A DNA stretch of 64,000 nt from contig NW_027266343.1 in the NCBI RefSeq assembly GCF_022045235.1, positions 44,702,001 through 44,766,000 on the forward strand, in the 5' to 3' direction. Below, in pieces: positions 38,376 to 55,638 of this stretch (positions within the stretch are counted from its first letter, which is position 1; every line of letters starts with the position of its first letter). The DNA is from Haliotis cracherodii (lineage: Eukaryota). The translations under genes and the position numbers were made by a program. The notes under the pieces are model-generated. The model searched no databases, had not been told where the DNA came from, and was given only the letters and a program-made list of their open reading frames with translations.

Positions 38376-39687
38376 TGACAACGTTCGTCTATAGTTCGTT
38401 CCGTCTACAGTGTCATCAAAACAAAGTTATGCATCAGTGATTAAAGGGGTCAGCTTTGACCCCTTCAGAAACTCAGTAGACCAGCCTGTGTAGGATAAGA
38501 TAAAGAAGAATAAGAGACAGTTGAATATATTTATAACAAATAATAACCAAATATAACATAATCAATATTCCTAATTTCTAACATTTCAGCAAACTATTTC
38601 GGAGGAATAATTGTTCTGTACTGCTTCAGCAGACGAAAAAGCACTATGATACCCTTTTTTCTTCTGAAACCTAACACTTAGTGTTGTGTGCCGTTCAACC
38701 ATGTTGTATATATAACACTTACAGTTACTAAAACACATCTGATAAATAATTGACTCATCAGTGTTTTTCAGAAATCTGTTTACTCAAAGGGGAGAATTTG
38801 GTTAATCCTTGAACTATGAACTCCCATAAATGTAAATAAATAATCCTCTTGCTGTTATTAGTAAGCCACGTGTTCGACATGATCGGTGTTTTAACACTAA
38901 AATAATTGAAAGACGTATGAGAGACTACACCAGATATACATGAACACATAAATAGTGTAACAAAAGGGTTAACTTTCGCAATTCAAAACGGATTTGCCTT
39001 TCTGAACAACGTCTATGTTCTCTCTGTAACTCACAAGCAACAGCAGATGATTCCCATTATATATTTCGAAGTCAAGCTTGTGATAACAAAAGATTTTCAC
39101 GTATTCCTAGACGATATTTTACTTGGTCAAATGTGTTTTCATTAAAAAGCCTTTTTCTAACAACCAAACTAAATGAGCTTAAACGTCTATCAAAATATGT
39201 ATAATTTGTATACACCACTTTGAATGCTAAATCTAAATGCACACAGCCTTCTTGGTGTACATATTATATTCATCTCTGTACTTTCTGTATGCTCTTGTAC
39301 CACCGTCGGTGGTCTATGGAATCTGTATTTAGAAAAAGTGAGTGAGTGAGTGAGTATGGTTTTACGCCGCTTATAGCAATATTCCAGCAATATCACGGCG
39401 GGGGACACCAGAAATGTGCTTCACTGAGCAAGATGACGACCTCGCATCAAACAAACTACAATGGACTTTTTATCAAGTTATAATTATCAAAACGAAAATG
39501 AACGTAGAATCCCCGAATGCATAATTGCCGAGATCCACAAAGCCATTCTTGTGCTACGACTGACGTAAGTCTATGTTAAAGTACGGGAGCTACGCTCGCT
39601 TTGTGGAACGGGGCCCTGGCCTCGATTTTAAATGGGACTGGAAGCTCTGCAATAGGCTATTGTGCTATTATCAAAACAGGGATGTGT

Positions 39688-42600
39688 TCAACCCAATTTC
39701 GGTAGGAATGCTTTGAGGGACTCGAGGTTTCCTTTCATATAAGTGGACAGTGACCAGGGAGACTTTTCAGTCTTCTTCTCCGAGGTTGCATCTGTTTCCG
39801 GGTCACAAGGCTTAGCATCCGGGCTTTTCCTTGACGTCTCGATTTCACGAGACAACCAGTTCATGGCTTCATTCAGACCCTCTCCCGTGACGGCGCAGCT
39901 TCCCATAATGGTGGCTCCTGAAACACGTGTAATTGCTCGGTTGACTCACTCGAAGGATAAACTACAGGCAATTGGAATGAGGGATACCTTAAAAGAAATG
40001 GGATTTGGGATTGCTAATGATCTGACAATGTTTCAGAGAAAAGAACTCAACAGGATGAGAACTGAGAACCCCAACAAGCGGTATTACTATAAGGGGGAGG
40101 GTAGTGGGGAGTGAGAGACAACATGTAGAGCCACCAGCAGAGGAAAGGAGACAGCAGAACGTTTACACCCCCTCTAGTAAACGTAATGGACACCCAGGAA
40201 AGAGTACACAGCAGTCCAGACAGAGCAACAGACCATCCCCTAAATCTGGGAGGAGATAGGGGTGCGGCCAGGGCCTGGACGATTTTACGACACATCAACA
40301 TCAATTGTCCAAAACAACATATGATAATGAGATAGGAAATAACATTAGTTTTTTCATTTTGGAACATTTCAGAATTAACTTCAAACATTGAGGATACGGA
40401 TACAATGAATCAGTATTTTGGGCTGAATCATTTAAGAAAATAGATGAGGCACAAGCTGGTTTTAGAGAGGGGTACTCCACTATAGAGACCACGTTTTTGT
40501 GTTACATTCCTTAATTCAAACGTTATTTATCAAGTAATGGGGGGGGGGGGGGGGGGGGGGGAGAACTTTATGTGCTTTTTGTAGATTTTTCTAAAGCATT
40601 TGGCTCAGTTCACCGTGATAAACTTTGGGCCTTGCTAAAGTTACGAAGAGTAAGCAGCAAGATGTTGAAACTATTATCAAGTATCAATAACAAGTAAAGG
40701 CTTGTGTAAGAAGTAATGGTAAGTACTCAGAAGATTTTGAATGCAATGTAGGCGTTCGACAAGGATGTATATTAAGTCCTTTTCTCTTTACTTTCTTTAT
40801 TAACGAGCTGTCAGAGGAAATACTAAACAATTGTAAAGGTGGTATACAGCTACACCCAGATATTGTTAAAATATTTTTTCGTCTGTTTGCCGATGATGTA
40901 ACTTACTGATTTCGAGTACTGTACCCGGACTTCAAAGTCAGATAAATGTGCTGGAGCATTTTTGTGAACAATTTGGTTTAAGTGTTTACACAAAAAAGAC
41001 CAAAGTTATTGTATTTAAAAACGGGAGAAATGGTTGTACTAAGAGAGTTATCTGGACGTAGTTACAACCTATAAATATTTGGGAGTACATTTTTCTATTA
41101 AATTATCTTGGAATTTTCATTCAATACAGGCTGCAACACAAGCAAAGACAATTCTCTATGGGAAACTTAAACGTCTCAGATCTATTGAGAGTGTAAATTT
41201 TAATCTATTTCTTACATTTTTGACACAAAAATAAAGCCAATTCTACTATATGGGGCTGAGGTTTTTTGACTGAGCGTCCAAGTAAGTTACAACTAACTAT
41301 GAGTTTTCAGGATCTGCTTGAACTTCATTGCCTTGGCAACCTCTGGAACTGTCATGGCGCCTGGCAGGTCCTGCTTGTTGGCCAGTACGAGGAAGACGGC
41401 GTTCTTGAATTCCTTCTCCTCAAGCAAACGTTCCAGCTCGTCCCTGGCATGTTCCACGCGCTCCCGGTCGTTGCTGTCAACCACGAAGAGTACGGCGCCG
41501 GTGCCGGTGTAGTAGTAGTGATACAGAGGGCGCTGGAAAACATAGCAAATAGATTGAATATCGTTATATGCTCATATATACTTACATATAAAGTAGTCTA
41601 TTGACATTGATTAATAATGGATAATTCATTTATCTTGTATTAATCGGATATATCGGCGCCATTTTGTTTTGTTCATTTGGCCGTTAGCATATCAAGTTAG
41701 CACGTGCGTTCGTGTGTGTGCCGCGTGTGTGACTGTTAGCTTAACGCGTGTGTGCGCGTGCGTGTGCATGTTTGACTCTTGGCTTGAGGTGTGTATGTGT
41801 GTGCGTGTGTGTCTGTTAAGCTTAACGCGTGTGTGTGTGTGTGTGTATGTGCGTGTGTGTCTCTTAGTTTGACGTGTGTGTGCGTGCGTATGTGAGTGCG
41901 TGTGTGACCGACCAATTGATATTATGGAGGGGGCCTGGGATTTTATCGAAAAAAATAAATTGTCACAAAATGCTTGAAAAAAGATTATGCTTCAGATTAT
42001 TGAAAAAGAAGAAATTGTCGGCCAAAAATAAACAAGACGATTTATAACAAAAGTATTTAGAATTCCCCCGAATATCAAACGGTTGGTCCCTATCTGGCCA
42101 TGATTACGAGAGGACAGTTTACTGCAGCACCTAGTAGCTATGGCTGATGTTGGGTGTGTGGAACTTACAATGGCCGACCTTCCGCCAACATCCCAGGCTA
42201 TGATGTGTATGTTCCTGTAGGACACTGTCTCCTGAACAAGACCTGCAATGAAACCGTATCCAGGTGAGAATTCAGGTTGATCGCCTTCACATTTCTTCTG
42301 TACACAATCTGGGGGACTATGCTTGTTGTAAGAGGAGACTAACGGGATCGGGTGGTCAGGCTCGCTGACTTGGTTGATGCATGACATCGATCCCAATTGC
42401 GTGGATCGATGCTCATGATGTCAATCGCTGTATTGTCTGGTCCAGGCTCGATTATTTACAGACCGCTGGGATATGGCTGAGTGTTGTGTTTAACAACAAA
42501 CAAACGAAACACATTCTGGGGATTCATCTCCAGAACTCGCTGTAATAGTTTTAGCTTATGTGTTTATCAAAATCTGCGGAAGAGGATATGTTTTGTGGAT

Positions 42601-43589
42601 TGTCCTTATATGGCATATATACCCAGCTTGCTGAAAGGATTAACCTCATCCGTCATGACAATAACTCTTCCGACCTTGGTTCGTAGTTCGAATCCCATCA
42701 CAGAAGTGGGATACGTTGCGACCAATACACTTACACCACCCTCAGGCACGACACCCACCTATCGTTGGATTAGTTTCAACGACCTCCCCTAGTTTCAGCC
42801 TGTACAGTATTGTGGATTTCCCTGCAGCGTCCAGTCCTGTAAAGTAACACGACAGAAGCAAAATACTAGTTAACCACGGTATATGCATGTATGAATGTAT
42901 TCAACACGTACTGTTGGTTGGCATATACTTACGTAGGAGGGAGGATTCCCATTCAAAGAGAAAAAAAATCCAAAGTTTAAAAAGGTTTTAGATCACTAGT
43001 ATGAGGATTGTTAAAAAACAAAATTGGACAGTCACACTCATTTTTGAAATAGTGAATACGAAATATATGACGACTGCTTACTTTTGAGAAGAGTATTATT
43101 TTATAGTTTGATATATCATGTGATTTTGTTTGTTTGCTTGCTTGTTGTTTAACGCTGCAATATTCCAGCTATATGGCGACCGTCTGTAAATAATCGAGTC
43201 TGGACCAAACAATCCAGTGACTGATATCATGAGCATCGATACACGCAACTGGGATACGATGACATGCATCAACCAAGTCAGCGAGCCTGACCACCCGATC
43301 CCGTCAGACAAGCATAGTCGCCTCTTATGGCTAGCATGGGTTGCCGAAGACCAATTCTACCCCGGATCTTCTTAAATACACATAATATTAAATATGACCA
43401 AGAGCAACTATGATTAAAGGCATATCATACGAAAATCCGATAATAAGTCACTTTAAAATTCAAAAGAAAAAGAAGAACAAAATACAAAACCTTCAAGAGA
43501 TAACTAACTGTACACCTACCATGCATAATCAGCTTGACTTCGATCTTCTTGAACCATCTCTGTGTAGAGCTACTCAAGTGCTGCCCCAT
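39688..43589 (-). CDS. Arf-like small GTPase paralog B; exons 43589-43520, 42836-42759, 42242-42169, 41532-41298, 39917-39688
   Basis: [55 protein letters not shown] introns with phases 1,1,0,1. Confidence 0.92.
39925..41265 (+). mobile_element. Decayed LINE (ORF1-like piece plus reverse transcriptase fragments), antisense in intron 4 of paralog B
   Basis: ORF1-like [12 protein letters not shown]...[15 protein letters not shown]; RT motifs [36 protein letters not shown] with stops and frameshifts. Confidence 0.85.
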
Positions 43590-45146
43590 GTTGACAGTTG
43601 GGAGTGTCACGGACACGGAAACACAGCTACCTTGTCAGTTGTCACTGAGCGAATGACACAATCATCGCCAACAACGACTGTTACATATACCGCCCCCATC
43701 TCGTGAGTTTGTTTACCTGTCAAATCCACGGTGGCCGGAAGTACGTGTACAATATGCACAGTTTTATCATGGAAGCGAACGTATAATATCCGTGGAAGTG
43801 CGCTAGGATATATGCTTTGACATATTTTGTTTCCGAAACTGAAAGTTCTTTACAGATTCTGGGTACAATGTGAGAAGCCCATTTCTGGTGTCCCCCGTCG
43901 GAATGTTGCTGGAATATTGCTAAATGCGGCGTAAGAACATACTCACTCACTCTTTACAGATTCTGTGGGCTTCAAGTTTGTTTGTTTGTTTGTTTGACCA
44001 CCCGACCCCGTTTGTCACCTCTTATGACAAGCAGTCATGTTTAACAACAGAGGATTGTTCGCTTGGCATGGTGGGTGCCCTGAGCGAGCGTGTTGTAAAA
44101 AGGAAATTCAGGCAATGAATATTTATTCCCAAGAGGTGAATATGTGATACAAATAACTCTTTGAATGTGTTGTTTACACCTGAGAATACAAATCGATTCC
44201 TATGCCGATATATTGGTTCATCAACCGGTTCATATAACAAGTACAAGATGTACACCATAATCCGTATTCAACCATGAAGGAGGGAGTACTCTGTCAATAT
44301 GTCCTGACATAGTCGCCAACAAATCAAAGAATATCTTCTTATTGCCGATGCAAGATTAAACCTTTCCTCGCTCACTATCAAATCGAAGACAAAACAGTTT
44401 TCTCATTATTATCCAGTATTAACTCCTCTCGGCGAGTCTAGAAGGGCACCCTATTAAACTTGTCACTCTAACGTTGGAGGGCTTCAGCGAGGCATCAACA
44501 TAATTCTGTTACACATAAAGCCCTTACACACAATTACAACCACAGATACAGGATTTGGGAAAAAGAGGGGTGCGTTTTATAATTTGGCAATTTTCATGAG
44601 TAAGTTATAGTGTTGTAATTAGTGTACTTCTAGTATGCCCTGTCACCTTCAAAGCTTCCAAATGTATGGATGTTGTGTAGGTTTTATGTTTCTAAAACGG
44701 CCGGGGTGGGGTATGTATTCTACTCAACGTTTGAAAGGGATAAACATGCCGTTCTGATTAAAAATACATTTGACATATGTGAATCAGTTTTGTTTATCAT
44801 GGAAAGAAAAATATCCCTGTTAAAAGTTGAATAGTATATATAGAACATGCCGTATTGACAATTCTGATAACTGTGCAGTCTCACTCCATCCCCTGGCTTT
44901 TGCCGCTCCCTACCTACTACATCAGGCTGCAGCAGTGGTATGGTGTAATCCTAGACCCCCCCTCATATAGTTCATATAACCAGAGAGCATAAAATAGGCT
45001 GTGCAGTACAAGCGCATAGCTAAGATGACTGTCCCTCAATCTTATGGTCTCTGATATAACATAACATGTGTGTTTTATTTTCTTAAATTAAACCAATACC
45101 TGTGATCACAGTATGGGACTGTGCCCGTTATCGTACATGTAGGTGT

Positions 45147-48828
<3,682 letters not shown>

Positions 48829-49065
48829 GTTGAGTTGGGACAAAACACACAGCAAATACCTTTTCAGTTGCTAACACGGTCGGCTCTTCCATAAACCTCC
48901 CTATCTCGTTGTTTTGAAAAAGTATGACTTGAGTGAGACTATGCACAGACTTACACCTCTTTGTACAACGTTGACTTATCGCCTGTCGACGTGAGTAAAG
49001 TATGTAACAATCTTATCATCGCCTTCGCTGTTACACACACTTCGTCATGTTGTAGTCGCTATTTT

Positions 49066-49144
49066 GCCACCGTGGATATGACAGGTAAACAAAACCACGA
49101 GGTCGTGGTTTTATTTACCTGTCAAATCCACGGTGGCCGGAAGT
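49066..49144. promoter_or_regulatory. Palindromic promoter element upstream of paralog C; a single arm upstream of paralog B (43701-43742)
   Basis: 35-bp arms with 2 mismatches and a GG loop, followed by CCGGAAGT. The same TTTACCTGTCAAATCCACGGTGGCCGGAAGT lies upstream of B. Confidence 0.7.
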
Positions 49145-49208
49145 TCGTGGCACTGTAAAATCCGGCAAATTCCAATGTTAGAAGCGCGCGTAAAATATTC
49201 ACATTGGC

Positions 49209-49209
<1 letters not shown>

Positions 49210-49252
<43 letters not shown>
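49210..49252. repeat. (AC)n microsatellite; degenerate (GT)n tract also at 41700-41906
   Basis: Seen directly. Confidence 0.95.
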
Positions 49253-49253
<1 letters not shown>

Positions 49254-49587
49254 CACATCACAGCGGGGGTCACCCCAATATGCCTTCATCCACATTGCAC
49301 CCACCCATATTGAGAAATCAAACCCGGGTTTCCAACTCTTAAACCAGGCTACCCAACCAGGCGAGGTAATCAATATACCCGGCACTTTCCCGGTCTTCAT
49401 ATCACCTGACAAAATTAATGTTCTCTGTGTGTGACATTTAAATTATAGTGACTTATTATATTTAGGGTAATATCAATTAATTGCTGTTTTGCCGTCACCC
49501 AACTGACATTGCTTTCATATACTAAAAAACTCACCAAGTTGTTTTTTCAAGGAAAAGTCTGAACATTAATGTGCCAATGTGTAAAAA

Positions 49588-49858
49588 GAGGCCGACCATT
49601 TGATATTCATATTGTTGCTGCCACAAATATTACATTGCTGAAATGCATGGTTTGTTTTTTTAGAAACAAATATTATGGCGCATAGTTTTAATGAAATTAA
49701 ATAGTTTTAAAAAATATCTGGTTTTGCAGCTGTACCTAAAAAAAAATCTGGCGTGGATACAAAATCTCAGCCCACCACCCCCGCACCCCACCCCACCCCA
49801 CCTCCACACCACCCCATCCCACAGCCAACCTCCCGAATATCAAATGGTCGGTCCCTAA
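49588..49858. mobile_element. Short MITE; related copy at about 41906-42092
   Basis: CCGACCATTTGATATTC and GAATATCAAATGGTCGG inverted ends. Confidence 0.65.
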
Positions 49859-51554
49859 TCCAATACTTTAGACGTCGCGCGAACCGTTGACTAAATCAGT
49901 TATATCAGTCTTACAATAGGCTATTATTTTCCAACCTATGTTAATATTTGCTTTAATGGTGAAAAATACGATGTTAGAACGAGAGACACCGGAGAACGCT
50001 TGACAGTTTTTTCCATTTGTTAGAGAGCCATAAACAAAACATCCTGTTTCTTCACTGGAGGGTATTTCAGGGAAACACATGGCACAGCGGCATAGTCCAA
50101 GGTGGTTTTATTTGAAGCAAGACATACATATAACGGTACAAATATTGTTTAACATTCGGAAAACATATTATTTTTTAGACATGCTGAAAAATGTGCATGT
50201 TTTACATACTAAATTTTTTAATATCATATAAATATTTTCCTTTTTTTATGGAAAGAAATAGAACCCGTAATAGAACACTAAAAGTAAGTTATCATACATA
50301 AACCTAAAACTGTATTTATATTATTTTGTTATTCTTTTCATAGTTTCAAATTGAATCGGGTAAATGTATATTCGGTAATGGTTCAACATGCCGCACACTT
50401 ACCCCGTTTCTCATTTACCAGAGCTACACACGATATAAACCCGTAAAGTGTTTCACAAAAATACCATTGGTATTATCTTTATCATGCTTGATTCTACCTC
50501 GAAGGATCTTTGTCCAAATCCTGAAAATGAATTCATCCAGAGGCGAAACAGACTGACCCAAGCAACATTTCAAGAGATGCCCTACACTGCTTGAACACAA
50601 ATAGCACCCGTCGCGTAACCCTTGGATGTCCATATCATCAGATGCTAAATGTCGCCGGTACATCAATTTCTTCGGGTTAATTACATATGAGCAATTAATC
50701 CTCACTTTACATCTATCATAGTAGCATCACAACAGAAAATATTCATCTCCTCTTTCACAGAGATTCAAGATTTACACATGTTAACATAGTCAAATCTCAA
50801 TGATACTATAAAGACATAGCTTACATATAAATTGCACATTTATCACGTGGAACTTCAGACCGATCAATCGTCCAAATCTGAAAGTTCAAGTTCAAAGTGT
50901 CCTTTCACAGTCCCTTATGCTACAAACATATGCTAAGTACTTACCTACGTTCATATGTAGGTATCCTCAAAAGAACACAAACATGCATGTTTCCTTGTGT
51001 AGGGGACAAAATTCGTGTTACAATGTCCTTCTCTTGGGTTGTCTTTTCACAAGTGATGAAGATACTCAAATATTCTATTTCAATATATCGATCTCATCAA
51101 CAAATAGGTGGACCATTTCCTCATCTGTACAGGAAAACTAAAATTAACGAGTATGTCTTTCACAAGATCTCAAGTTGAACATCAGCTTAGCACAAAGTAA
51201 GAGGTCCATTTCCTCATGTCTAAAGAGGGCATATTATGGTAAAAAAAATCACTTCTGGAGCAGGTATTGTTTTGTGTCCTTTCACAGTCTTATTTCCAAC
51301 ATTGTAGTTCCATTTCGAATTACACACAGAGAGGCCAAGTTGGTTATTTTTAGAGGATGCTGTAGATAAGGCAGTTTTTATTAGGCCAGATCACAAAATG
51401 ATGTTTCATTGTGCACTTTTGTTTATTGCACAAGATCTCGCGCATTCGTTGTGTGATCTTCAGTCGGACTTTGCAGGAGAATGAATTTTCTCTGACATCC
51501 CGCAGGTCTCCCTCTCCGATTAGATTGGGCCCACCCTGAACGGCATCAAGACGT

Positions 51555-52124
51555 CTATTCCTTCACCTTCTTTGCCTCCTCCTCCTCCTCCTTCTTCTTC
51601 TTCTCCGCCTTCTCCCTCCTCTTCTTCATAGCGTCCTCCTCTGCAGCCACGCTCAGGCCGTTGACGATCCTGCGAGCCGATTTGTCAGACTTTGGTACCA
51701 GGAACGTCCTCTCGACGACACGGAATCCATCGTCTCGGGACACGTGGTCTTGGTTGATGATAATCTGGCTGTCCCAAACTGTGTACACTACAGTGACCTC
51801 AACCTCCTCCTCTTTCTCTATTGGTGGCATGACATCCCGACGTGAGAAGCCGAAGGGCGTCAGCTTCAGAGTCTTGGGGTCAGCCATCACAGACTGCATG
51901 CATGAGCGGCGATAGACCTCCTTCTTCTTCTTTGGTTCGAGTTTCTGAGACAATTGACCGCTATGGTCAACTGCCAAGAAAACAGTAGTTTTATCCTTTG
52001 GGACTGTCTTTGTCTTCGACCTAAACAGCTTCTTAAACCTAGAGAATCTGGACTCCGACTTGAGCCCCGGCTTCTCTTTGTCTGTCGTTAGGGCCGGACC
52101 CACGCGGCTATGGATACACCCCAT
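51555..52124 (-). CDS. Intronless orphan ORF, 189 aa, with MGCxxS N-terminus, polybasic segment and K/E-rich C-terminus
   Basis: Long open frame with GC content above its flanks; upstream TGACGTCA (52285) and CCAAT (52305); downstream minus-strand AATAAA at about 51380 and 51425. Confidence 0.6.
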   Translation of the reverse strand: MGCIHSRVGPALTTDKEKPGLKSESRFSRFKKLFRSKTKTVPKDKTTVFLAVDHSGQLSQKLEPKKKKEVYRRSCMQSVMADPKTLKLTPFGFSRRDVMPPIEKEEEVEVTVVYTVWDSQIIINQDHVSRDDGFRVVERTFLVPKSDKSARRIVNGLSVAAEEDAMKKRREKAEKKKKEEEEEAKKVKE

Positions 52125-55100
52125 TCTCAGTGTCTGCTAGTGTCTAACAGTCGTAGCGACATTGCGACACACTGACATGGCGCACTGCATCAAAGCGACC
52201 AATTATGCCCAACGCCATATTGCTGACTGTTCCATGCTGTCGTCTCCATGCAAATGACATTGGGCGACGACGTCGTCAAGCCTGTGACGTCATAGAAGGG
52301 CAGGCCAATCACGACGTCGTCCCTGAACGCGGATATGTAAATACATGAACCTCTTTATAATTGGAATACATCAATATATTACATATCAGATAATTACTAG
52401 GGTATCGTTGCATTAATTTAGAAATTGAACATTATAATCATCAAGTGCTTTAAATAATAACCGTCATACAGCTGGAATATTGTGGAGTGCAGTGTTAAAC
52501 AACAAAAACAAATACCACTAGTAATACCGCAATGAATTAGGTAATTCTCAATAAATACCCCTAAAAAGTTCTATGATTTATCCGATGCTTGATTAAACAA
52601 TAAAAAATATATTTTTGAAACATCCCAAGGTAAATCCGTTTAATAAAGTGTTTGTGGATAAGTGCAGTGTGTTTCAGGTCATATCTGCACACGGAAAACG
52701 ATAACAACATTGTTAAATAAATCCCTGCATGATTCTCCGTTGGGATTGTGGGGTGGGGGGTATCCCTATAGTAGCCAGTTCTTGTCGCAAGATGTGGAAT
52801 ATAGGGATCGGATGGTGTGACCTGGCTGTGTGCCATCGTGCCCCGAAGGTGTACAGTAGATTGATGCTCATTCTATCAACCTTTTGGGTACACTTGCATA
52901 AAGCGATCTTAGTGCTACGACGATCGTAACTCCCATGCTCTATCATAGACTTATACTTGTCGTATCGCTAAGATCGCTTTAAGCAACTGGGCCCTCGTTA
53001 GCCTGGCCAGATTTTTACTTTCATGGGGGCACGGCTGGCCCAGTCGTCTAAGGCGCTGCAATTCGCTGTGCAATGTTGTGTCAGTTGGGCACGCCAAAAA
53101 CCCTGTGATTGTGGGTTCTAATCCCAGTTCGCCCCGATTATGTTTCTGGATTTATCAGCACCGTACCCGTGCTCTTGGGTTTCACCAAAGTGGTAAACGT
53201 CTAAGACATGCACTACTTCGGGCTTCCTACCTACATTAACCTGACACGCCGTGATACAACTGGAAAACTGTTCAAAACAGCGTTAAACCTAACTTACTCA
53301 CTCACTCTATTGCTTACAGGCCGTTGTGGATAAGCTGGACTTGCTGATTGACGTAAAACACTCGAAAATAGTGGGTGTAGCGACAATCAATTGGATGACA
53401 TTCAGCATAGTCATAATACACTCCTCATCGACAATATCCATATTATTAAATGTTTGATTAAATACCTTTGTCAAGGACTTAAGATCAGAATTAAGCAAAT
53501 CATCTATACCTGGAACAAAGTGTACTGCATTCCAGCCGTTTATTCAGCATGTAAATAATATTAATTATTTTCCATCTTGTTTGTATTATTGGCTTTGGGC
53601 CTAAAATACTGAATAAAGTCTGTCTGTCAGTCTGTCTTCCTATACCCTTCACCACGTGAGTGGGCTCGTGAGTGGGCTCGTGAAGTTATCATTTACGCCA
53701 GACATAGTAATTTTATGCCAGCAGTCTGTAAATCAATGAGTGTCCAACAGACAAATTATAATTAATAATATGGGCTGCTGAGTGAGAGTATATATCCAAT
53801 GCCACAGTGAACAGTATACATGCAGGTAATTTAGCTGTTGCTTATTTTTAACTAGCGGCGTGCCTTTGGCTGGCACTTCAATAGAGTTGTCTCTTTACTT
53901 GAGCGTTATCTCCCTTTTTTCGAGGAGCCCTCAAGCTCCTTCCAAGCGCGTGACACCTTCGTTACACTCTCGGTAACATCGTTGCCACCAGTGTGGGCGC
54001 GGCCATTACAAGAATCTTGAAATTTGTCCTCCAACCCCATATGTAGTAACGTTTATACTTTTGTTTAAGTCTTTGGGAATGCCATCATATTTCAATTTGA
54101 AAAGGTTTACGACTGACCATGTTTTTAGATGAATTTACTTTGTTGTTTTGATAATCAGATTGGTTCGAGATTGCAGACTAACGGAAAATCAACGAACTTC
54201 TCGCTTACATTCTTTCTACATCAATAATTCGATAGTTTTAATGAAACAGAAATTCAAATTGACAAACGAAGAAAGTAATTTAGCAGCGATAAGTGCATTC
54301 GGCGTCACGACAGTCGTCACTTGTTTGTAAACATAACCATCATTCGGTTGCGAGTTCAACTCCCAGCATGGTTGTCGCCACATATTCACAGTGGGGAGTT
54401 TTGACTGGTGGCAGCGATAGTTTAGAGATCTCCGGGAACGTACTATCGCTGTGAGGAGCTTGCAATAGCCCGTGAGTAACGAAGGTGTCACACGCTGGGA
54501 AGGAGCTTGATGGAGCTCTCTGTTCCCGGATCCTCCGCTTGGTGTCGCTGCTCTTACTCTGCTTTCCAGTCTGTCCATTCGTGACCAACTCGTGTTATTC
54601 CGGTACAAGCCGAATAGCGACACAATATTGCACACAAAAAAAGGTCACATTATGTTTCCTACAAACCATGGCATAGGTAAAAAATAAATCAGTTAAAAAA
54701 GGGGGCCCGATTTGTTTTTTAGAAAAAAATACCACATTTGGAGAGAAATACACACACAAACACTTCGGTTATTACAAATATACTCAATTGAAGTTAAAGA
54801 ACACCCATGACAGATTAACTACGAATAGGAAAGAATCAGGTGTTATCTAATTTCCTTTGAGTAGTATATATTGTGTCATCTGATGGGTAAATGAAAGGAA
54901 CTCTATCCAGTAAGACCACTTGTTCTGGCACACACGATTTAGTCAGACTTAGTCACAATTACATGGTTATAGTTTTCATGTCATAAAACATCCCGATATA
55001 AAATATGATATTCAACAACAGTAACAAATGTTCAATCAATATCCAAATACAATTGTATCCATAAACAACAAACAATATCACAGTTGGACACAGCAAGGAA

Positions 55101-55638
55101 TTTGACCCACATGACACTGATAGTTTTTTCTTTTGGTTATGGTAGGTGCTCAGGCTTCTACTGGCATACCTCTAATACACGGAAACGTGTATGATAAACG
55201 TATATGTCCTGCTTGAGGGCATGCTAATAAACATTAATATGCTATGTCCAGTAATGTTTAGGTCACTCTGCTGAAAAGAGGAGCCAGGTTGGCCGATTCA
55301 TGTTTACGTATCACAATTGATGCAAGTAAAAGTAACTGCAATGCACATAAAATATACATCACAAAATCTTATTCCTTAAACCATAGTTTGCACATGCTTC
55401 CTCCATCAATCAACCCAACTTGCAGAACAATAATGTAAGTGGTCTGGGCCAGACAAACCCGTGATTGATATGATGAGAAACAATCCACACCATCAGGGAC
55501 ACAATGACACGCTATCAATCAAGTCACCCAGCCTGAGCAATCAGGCCATTTAATTACTTCTTACGACCAGCATAGGTTTCAATTCTAAACTGGAATCCCC
55601 AGAGTCATATCACAGAAAGTTCTTTATCAAATGAAGTT

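Noticed and set aside
40538-40562. Poly-G run as a functional G-quadruplex
   Set aside because: It is inside a decayed LINE; homopolymer expansion or sequencing error is more likely.
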